Made by a program: the position numbers and the translations under genes. 64,000 nt of DNA from Utricularia gibba (lineage: Eukaryota > Plantae > Magnoliophyta): contig NEEC01000035.1 of assembly GCA_002189035.1 (NCBI GenBank), positions 1-64,000 on the forward strand, read 5' to 3'. Of this stretch, positions 55,777 to 64,000 are shown piece after piece. Within the stretch, counting starts at the first letter, position 1. Each line of letters starts with the position of its first letter. The notes beneath the pieces are model-generated. The model made no database searches, had not been told where the DNA came from, and was given only the letters and a program-made list of their open reading frames with translations.

Positions 55777-57578
55777 AAAACGCAGATCTTTTGCAAGCCG
55801 AAAATCACAATCGCGTCGATTCTCGTGTTCCGAAACTCATCGTCGCGAACGTGGTGGCCAAAGTGGCACATCTGAAGGCTAATATAAGGCGATAATTCGA
55901 GCTCTGATGCATCCTCGGACGAAGATGCTTTTTCAACACGGAAGCTGACCGGCACGGAAGGGTTCGAAACGGTATGCCGGGCGCAGCGTGACTCATCTTG
56001 ATCTTCAAGATATCGAGATGCCGAACGGTGTGCGAGGCCACCATGAGGCTGCGGGTAGGAACACACCAGAGCTTGTTCAGAGATCGCTCGAAAACCCATA
56101 CTTCACGTCACCCAATAAAACGCAGATGTTTTGCAAGAAAATCACAATCGCGTCGATTCTCGTGTTCCGAGTCGCATCGTCGCGAACGTGGTGGCCAATT
56201 TTGGCACATCTGAAGGCTAATATAAGGCGATAATTCGAGCTCTGATGCATCCTCGGACGAAGATGCTTTCAACACGGAAGCTGACCGCACGGAAAGGGGT
56301 TCGAAACGTATGCCGGCGCAGCGTGACTCATCACTTTTTCAGATATCGCCGAAATACCGAACGGTGTGCGAGGCCACCATGAGGCTGCGGGTAGGGACAC
56401 ACCCAGAGCTTGTTCAGAGATCGCCTCGAAAACCCATACTTCACGTCATCCAATAAAACGCAGATGTTTTGCAAGCGAAAATCACAATCGCGTCGATTCT
56501 CGTGTTCCGAAACGCATCGTCGCGAACGTGGTGGCCAATTTGTGGCACATCTGAAGGCTAATATAAGGCGATAATTCGAGCTGATGCATCCTCGGACGAA
56601 GATGCTTTCAACACGGAAGCTGACCGGCACGGAAAGGGTTCGAAACGGTATGCCGGCGCAGCGTGACTCATCTTGATCTTCAAGATATCGACGAGATGCC
56701 GAACGGTGTGCGAGGCCACCATGAGGCTGCGGGTAGGAACACACCTAGAGCTTGTTCAGAGATCGCTCGAAAACCCATACTTCACGTCACCCAATAAAAC
56801 GCAGATGTTTTGCAAGGCGAAAATCACAATCGCGTCGATTCTCGTGTTCCGAGTCGCATCGTGCGTGGTGGCCAATTTGTGGCACATCTGAAGGCTAATA
56901 TAAGGCGATAATTCGAGCTCTGATGCATCCTCGGACGAAGATGCTTTCAACACGGAAGCTGACCGGCACGGAAAGGGTTCGAAACGGTATGCCGGGCGCA
57001 GCGTGACTCATCTTGATCTTCAAGATATCGACGAGATGCCGAACGGTGTGCGAGGCCACCATGAGGCTGCGGGTAGGACACACCAGAGCTTGTTCAGAGA
57101 TCGCCTCGAAAACCCATACTTCACGTCACCCAATAAAACGCAGATGTTTGCAAGGCGAAAATCACAATCGCGTCGATTCTCGTGTTCCGAGTCGCATCGT
57201 CGCGAACGTGGTGGCCAATTTGTGGCACATCTGAAGGCTAATATAAGGCGATAATTCGAGCTCTGATGCATCCTCGGACGAAGATGCTTTCAACACGGAA
57301 GCTGACCGGCACGGAAGGGTTCGAAACGGTATGCCGGGCGCAGCGTGACTCATCTTGATTTCAAGATATCGCCGAAATGCCGAACGGTGTGCGAGGCCAC
57401 CATGAGGCTGCGGGTAGGGACACACCCAGAGCTTGTTCAGAGATCGCTCGAAAACCCATACTTCACGTCATCCAATAAAACGCAGATGTTTTGCAAGGCG
57501 AAAATCACAATCGCGTCGATTCTCGTGTTCCGAGTCGCATCGTCGCGAACGTGGTGGCCAATTTGTGGCACATCTGAA

Positions 57579-60500
57579 GGCTAATATAAGGCGATAATTC
57601 GAGCTCTGATGCATCCTCGGACGAAGATGCTTTCAACACGGAAGCTGACCGGCACGGAAAGGGGTTCGAAACGGTATGCCGCGCAGCGTGACTCATCACG
57701 GTTTTCAGGATATCGCCGAAATACCGAACGGTGTGCGAGGCCACCATGAGGCTGCGGGTAGGGAACACCCAGAGCTTGTTCAGAGATCGCTCGAAAACCC
57801 ATACTTCACGTCATCCAATAAAACGCAGATCTTTTGCAAGCCGAAAATCACAATCGCGTCGATTCTCGTGTTCCGAAACTCATCGTCGCGAACGTGGTGG
57901 CCAATTTGTGGCACATCTGAAGGCTAATATAAGGCGATAATTCGAGCTCTGATGCATCCTCGGACGAAGATGCTTTCAACACGGAAGCTGACCGGCACGG
58001 AAAGGGGTTCGAAACGGTATGCCCGGCGCAGCGTGACTCATCTTGATCTTCAAGATATCGACGAGATGCCGAACGGTGTGCGAGGCCACCATGAGGCTGC
58101 GGGTAGGAACACACCAGAGCTTGTTCAGAGATCGCCTCGAAAACCCATACTTCACGTCACCCAATAAAACGCAGATTTTTGCAAGGCGAAAATCACAATC
58201 GCGTCGATTCTCGTGTTCCGAGTCGCATCGTCGCGAACGTGGTGGCCAATTTGTGGCACATCTGAAGGCTAATATAAGGCGATAATTCGAGCTCTGATGC
58301 ATCCTCGGACGAAGATGCTTTCAACACGGAAGCTGACCGGCACGGAAAGGGGTTCGAAACGGTATGCCGGGCGCAGCGTGACTCATCTTGATCTTCAAGA
58401 TATCGACGAGATGCCGAACGGTGTGCGAGGCCACCATGAGGCTGCGGGTAGGACACACCAGAGCTTGTTCAGAGATCGCCTCGAAAACCCATACTTCACG
58501 TCACCCAATAAAACGCAGATGTTTTGCAAGGCGAAAATCACAATCGCGTCGATTCTCGTGTTCCGAGTCGCATCGTCGCGAACGTGGTGGCCAATTTGTG
58601 GCACATCTGAAGGCTAATATAAGGCGATAATTCGAGCTCTGATGCATCCTCGGACGAAGATGCTTTCAACACGGAAGCTGACCGGCACGGAAAGGGTTCG
58701 AAACGGTATGCCGGCGCAGCGTGACTCATCATTTCAGATATCGCCGAATACCGAACGGTGTGCGAGGCCACCCGGCTGCGGGTAGGGACACACCCAGAGC
58801 TTGTTCAGAGATCGCCTCGAAAACCCATACTTCACGTCACCCAATAAAACGCAGATGTTTTGCAAGCGAAAATCACAATCGCGTCGATTCTCGTGTTCCG
58901 AACGCATCGTCGCGAACGTGGTGGCCAATTTGTGGCACATCTGAAGGCTAATATAAGGCGATAATTCGAGCTCTGATGCATCCTCGGACGAAGATGCTTT
59001 CAACACGGAAGCTGACCGGCACGGAAAGGGGTTCGAAACGGTATGCCGGCGCAGTGACTCATCTTGATCTTCAAGATATCGACGAGATGCCGAACGGTGT
59101 GCGAGGCCACCATGAGGCTGCGGGTAGGGACACACCCAGAGCTTGTTCAGAGATCGCCTCGAAAACCCATACTTCACGTCACCCAATAAAACGCAGATGT
59201 TTTGCAAGCGAAAATCACAATCGCGTCGATTCTCGTGTTCCGAGTCGCATCGTCGCGAACGTGGTGGCCAATTTGTGGCACATCTGAAGGCTAATATAAG
59301 GCGATAATTCGAGCTCTGATGCATCCTCGGACGAAGATGCTTTCAACACGGAAGCTGACCGGCACGGAAAGGGGTTCGAAACGGTATGCCGGCGCAGCGT
59401 GACTCATCTTGATCTTCAAGATATCGACGAATGCCGAACGGTGTGCGAGGCCACCATGAGGCTGCGGGTAGGAACACACCAGAGCTTGTTCAGAGATCGC
59501 CTCGAAAACCCATACTTCACGTCACCAATAAAACGCAGATGTTTTGCAAGGCGAAAATCACAATCGCGTCGATTCTCGTGTTCCGAGTCGCATCGTCGCG
59601 AACGTGGTGGCCAATTTGTGGCACATCTGAAGGCTAATATAAGGCGATAATTCGAGCTCTGATGCATCCTCGGACGAAGATGCTTTCAACACGGAAGCTG
59701 ACCGGCACGGAAAGGGGTTCGAAACGGTATGCCCGGCGCAGCGTGACTCATCTTGATTTCAAGATATCGACGAGATGCCGAACGGTGTGCGAGGCCACCA
59801 TGAGGCTGCGGGTAGGACACACCAGAGCTTGTTCAGAGATCGCTCGAAAACCCACTTCACGTCACCCAATAAAACGCAGATGTTTTGCAAGCGAAAATCA
59901 CAATCGCGTCGATTCTCGTGTTCCGAGTCGCATCGTCGCGAACGTGGTGGCCAATTTGTGGCACATCTGAAGGCTAATATAAGGCGATAATTCGAGCTCT
60001 GATGCATCCTCGGACGAAGATGCTTTCAACACGGAAGCTGACCGGCACGGAAAGGGGTTCGAAACGGTATGCCGGGCGCAGCGTGACTCATCTTGATCTT
60101 CAAGATATCGACGAGATGCCGAACGTGTGCGAGGCCACCATGAGGCTGCGGGTAGGACACACCCAGAGCTTGTTCAGAGATCGCTCGAAAACCCATACTT
60201 CACGTCACCCAATAAAACGCAGATCTTTTGCAAGCGAAAATCACAATCGCGTCGATTCTCGTGTTCCGAAGTCATCGTCGCGAACGTGGGCCAATTTGTG
60301 GCACATCTGAAGGCTAATATAGGCGATAATTCGAGCTCTGATGCATCCTCGGACGAAGATGCTTTCAACACGGAAGCTGACCGGCACGGAAAGGGTTCGA
60401 AACGGTATGCCGGCGCAGCGTGACTCATCTTGATTTCAAGATATCGACGATGCCGAACGGTGTGCGAGGCCACCATGAGGCTGCGGGTAGGAACACACCA

Positions 60501-63500
60501 GAGCTTGTTCAGAGATCGCCTCGAAAACCCATACTTCACGTCACCCAATAAAACGCAGATGTTTTGCAAGCGAAAATCACAATCGCGTCGATTCTCGTGT
60601 TCCGAGTCGCATCGTCGCGAACGTGGTGGCCAATTTGTGGCACATCTGAAGGCTAATATAAGGCGATAATTCGAGCTCTGATGCATCCTCGGACGAAGAT
60701 GCTTTCAACACGGAAGCTGACCGGCACGGAAAGGGGTTCGAAACGGTATGCCGGGCGCAGCGTGACTCATCGTTTTCAAGATATCCGAGATGCCGAACGG
60801 TGTGCGAGGCCACCATGAGGCTGCGGGTAGGGACACACCCAGAGCTTGTTCAGAGATCGCTCGAAAACCCATACTTCACGTCATCCAATAAAACGCAGAT
60901 CTTTTGCAAGCCGAAATCACAATCGCGTCGATTCTCGTGTTCCGAACTCATCGTCGCGAACGTGGTGGCCAATTTGTGGCACATCTGAAGGCTAATATAA
61001 GGCGATAATTCGAGCTCTGATGCATCCTCGGACGAAGATGCTTTCAACACGGAAGCTGACCGGCACGGAAAGGGGTTCGAAACGGTATGCCGGGCGCAGC
61101 GTGACTCATCTTGATTTCAAGATATCGCGAATGCCGAACGTGTGCGAGGCCACCATGAGGCTGCGGGTAGGGAACACACCAGAGCTTGTTCAGAGATCGC
61201 CTCGAAAACCCATACTTCACGTCACCAATAAAACGCAGATGTTTTGCAAGGCGAAAATCACAATCGCGTCGATTCTCGTGTTCCGAGTCGCATCGTCGCG
61301 AACGTGGTGGCCAATTTGTGGCACATCTGAAGGCTAATATAAGGCGATAATTCGAGCTCTGATGCATCCTCGGACGAAGATGCTTTCAACACGGAAGCTG
61401 ACCGGCACGGAAGGGTTCGAAACGGTATGCCGGCGCAGCGTGACTCATCTTGATTTTCAGATATCGAGATGCCGAACGGTGTGCGAGGCCACCATGAGGC
61501 TGCGGGTAGGGACACACCCAGAGCTTGTTCAGAGATCGCCTCGAAAACCCATACTTCACGTCACCAATAAAACGCAGATTTTGCAAGGCGAAAATCACAA
61601 TCGCGTCGATTCTCGTGTTCCGAGTCGCATCGTCGCGAACGTGGTGGTGCCAATTTGTGGCACATCTGAAGGCTAAATAAGGCGATAATTCGAGCTCTGA
61701 TGCATCCTCGGACGAAGATGCTTTCAACACGGAAGCTGACCGGCACGGAAAGGGGTTCGAAACGGTATGCCGGCGCAGCGTGACTCATCACGGTTTTCAG
61801 GATATCACGAAATACCGAACGGTGTGCGAGGCCACCATGAGGCTGCGGGTAGGGACACACCCAGAGCTTGTTCAGAGATCGCCTCGAAAACCCATACTTC
61901 ACGTCACCCAATAAACGCAGATTTTTGCAAGCGAAAATCACAATCGCGTCGATTCTCGTGTTCCGAACTCATCGTCGCGAACGTGGTGGCCAATTTGTGG
62001 CACATCTGAAGGCTAATATAAGGCGATAATTCGAGCTCTGATGCATCCTCGGACGAAGATGCTTTCAACACGGAAGCTGACCGGCACGGAAAGGGTTCGA
62101 AACGGTATGCCGGCGCAGCGTGACTCATCTTGATCTTCAAGATATCGACGAAGATGCCGAACGGTGTGCGAGGCCACCATGAGGCTGCGGGTAGGAACAC
62201 ACCTAGAGCTTGTTCAGAGATCGCCTCGAAAACCCATACTTCACGTCACCCAATAAAACGCAGATGTTTTGCAAGGCGAAAATCACAATCGCGTCGATTC
62301 TCGTGTTCCGAGTCGCATCGTCGCGAACGTGGTGGCCAATTTGTGGCACATCTGAAGGCTAAATAAGGCGATAATTCGAGCTCTGATGCATCCTCGGACG
62401 AAGATGCTTTCAACACGGAAGCTGACCGGCACGGAAAGGGGTTCGAAACGGTATGCGGCGCAGCGTGACTCATCTTGATTTTCAAGATATCGACGAATAC
62501 CGAACGGTGTGCGAGGCCACCATGAGGCTGCGGGTAGGACACACCAGAGCTTGTTCAGAGATCGCTCGAAAACCCATACTTCACGTCACCCAATAAAACG
62601 CAGATGTTTTGCAAGGCGAAAATCACAATCGCGTCGATTCTCGTGTTCCGAGTCGCATCGTCGCGAACGTGGTGGCCAATTTGTGGCACATCTGAAGGCT
62701 AATATAAGGCGATAATTCGAGCTCTGATGCATCCTCGACGAAGATGCTTTCAACACGGAAGCTGACCGGCACGGAAAGGGGTTCGAAACGGTATGCCGGC
62801 GCAGCGTGACTCATCATTTCAGATATCGCCGAATACCGAACGGTGTGCGAGGCCACCATGAGGCTGCGGGTAGGGACACACCCAGAGCTTGTTCAGAGAT
62901 CGCTCGAAAACCCATACTTCACGTCATCCAATAAAACGCAGATCTTTTGCAAGCGAAAATCACAATCGCGTCGATTCTCGTGTTCGCATCGTCGCGAACG
63001 TGGTGGCCAATTTGTGGCACATCTGAAGGCTAATATAAGGCGATAATTCGAGCTCTGATGCATCCTCGGACGAAGATGCTTTCAACACGGAAGCTGACCG
63101 GCACGGAAAGGGGTTCGAAACGGTATGCCGGGCGCAGCGTGACTCATCTTGATCTTCAAGATATCGACGAATGCCGAACGGTGTGCGAGGCCACCATGAG
63201 GCTGCGGGTAGGAACACACCAGAGCTTGTTCAGAGATCGCTCGAAAACCCATACTTCACGTCACCCAATAAAACGCAGATGTTTTGCAAGGCGAAAATCA
63301 CAATCGCGTCGATTCTCGTGTTCCGAGTCGCATCGTCGCGAACGTGGTGGCCAATTTGTGGCACATCTGAAGGCTAATATAAGGCGATAATTCGAGCTCT
63401 GATGCATCCTCGGACGAAGATGCTTTCAACACGGAAGCTGACCGGCACGGAAAGGGGTTCGAAACGGTATGCCGGCGCAGCGTGACTCATCTTGATCTTC

Positions 63501-64000
63501 AAGATATCGACGAGATGCCGAACGTGTGCGAGCCACCATGAGGCTGCGGGTAGGAACACACCTAGAGCTTGTTCAGAGATCGCTCGAAAACCCATACTTC
63601 ACGTCACCCAATAAAAAACAGATGTTTTGCAAGCGAAAATCACAATCGCGTCGATTCTCGTGTTCCGAGTCGCATCGTCGCGAACGTGGTGGCCAATTTG
63701 TGGCACATCTGAAGGCTAATATAAGGCGATAATTCGAGCTCTGATGCATCCTCGGACGAAGATGCTTTCAACACGGAAGCTGACCGGCACGGAAAGGGGT
63801 TCGAAACGGTATGCCGGCGCAGCGTGACTCATCTTGATTTCAAGATATCGACGAATACCGAACGGTGTGCGAGGCCACCATGAGGCTGCGGGTAGGACAC
63901 ACCCAGAGCTTGTTCAGAGATCGCATCGAAAACCCATACTTCACGTCATCCAATAAAACGCAGATGTTTTGCAAGCGAAAATCACAATCGCGTCGATTCT
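57579..64000 (+). repeat. Probable trimeric higher-order repeat (~1.02-1.03 kb)
   Basis: B1-like subtype monomers start at 57579, 58612, 60651, 61671, 62697 and 63714, i.e. every third monomer apart from one 6-monomer gap. Marker sets are incomplete in some copies. Confidence 0.4.
58267..58611 (+). repeat. Reference B2-type monomer
   Basis: Diagnostic alleles: ctaaTataagg, gagctCtgatg, gaagaTgctt, gcagcGtgac, catcTTGATCTTCAAGATATCGACGAGATGCCg, gctgcGggtag, gtcaCccaat. Confidence 0.93.

Larger units (their letters stand above)
1..64000 (+). repeat. Tandem satellite DNA array, ~347-bp monomer, at least ~185 head-to-tail copies, open at both window ends
   Basis: Anchor words (GGCTAA[G/T]ATAAGGCGATAATTCGAGCT, GGTTCGAAACGGTATGCC, GTCGCATCGTCGCGAACGTGGTGGCCAATTTGTGGCACATCTGAA) recur in the same order and strand throughout. 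The ATG of ATGCAT falls at 4898 and 5245, giving a period of 347; other clean periods are 341-346. I saw no inversion or non-repeat insert by eye. Confidence 0.98.
47700..64000 (+). repeat. B2-type monomer domain
   Basis: The cttgatcttcaagatatcgacgagatgccg block appears at about 47761, 50731 and 51721 and dominates after about 54 kb, interspersed with a B1-like subtype (gatcgctcga, gtcaTcc, gatCttttgc, gaaactcatc). Confidence 0.8.

Noticed and set aside
1-64000. Several hundred ORFs of 60-295 aa as protein-coding genes, or one giant repeat protein
   Set aside because: All are alternative frames of the same monomer. All three + frames are stopped within 23 bp at ctgaaggctaagataaggcgataa. The longer minus-strand ORFs arise from indels in noisy copies, and the variant pattern looks neutral.
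1-64000. CRISPR array
   Set aside because: The entire unit repeats. There are no unique spacers, no 25-45 bp repeat-spacer alternation and no cas genes.
1-64000. Rolling-circle concatemer of one small circle (viroid, plasmid or eccDNA amplification product)
   Set aside because: Linked alleles change in blocks along the array and form higher-order patterns, which copying one template cannot give. No pospiviroid central conserved region is recognisable.
1-64000. Assignment to a named satellite family or organism
   Set aside because: The size overlaps several known 340-360 bp satellites, but I do not recognise the sequence. It needs BLASTN, Dfam or Repbase searches that I cannot run.

Overview
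The whole 64 kb is one head-to-tail tandem array of a ~347-bp satellite-type monomer, all in the same orientation, with about 185 or more copies. Clean copies measure 341-347 bp and differ mostly at homopolymer runs. A hand count of the copy at 16141-16485 gives 52.5% GC and 32 CpG (O/E about 1.35). I found no genes, RNA genes, transposons, CRISPR or unique sequence; every ORF in the track is a re-reading of the monomer, and I cannot name the family or host. The array is structured. It has a diverged start with a 5-monomer duplication, an A-type domain, a B-type island, and a stepwise A > intermediate > B1 > B2 change in monomer type from left to right, ending in a probable trimeric higher-order repeat. 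The monomer shows long-range self-complementarity compatible with a rod-like fold, remnants resembling a hammerhead core and a Pol III B-box, and a mutation cluster in B2 that perfects a hairpin; together these raise, but do not prove, an origin from a structured or circular RNA element. Long deletion-rich, scrambled stretches (about 5.6-7.8, 8.9-12.3, 19-26.8 and 29-43 kb, patchy to 54.6 kb) look like long-read or consensus noise, so fine detail there is unreliable.
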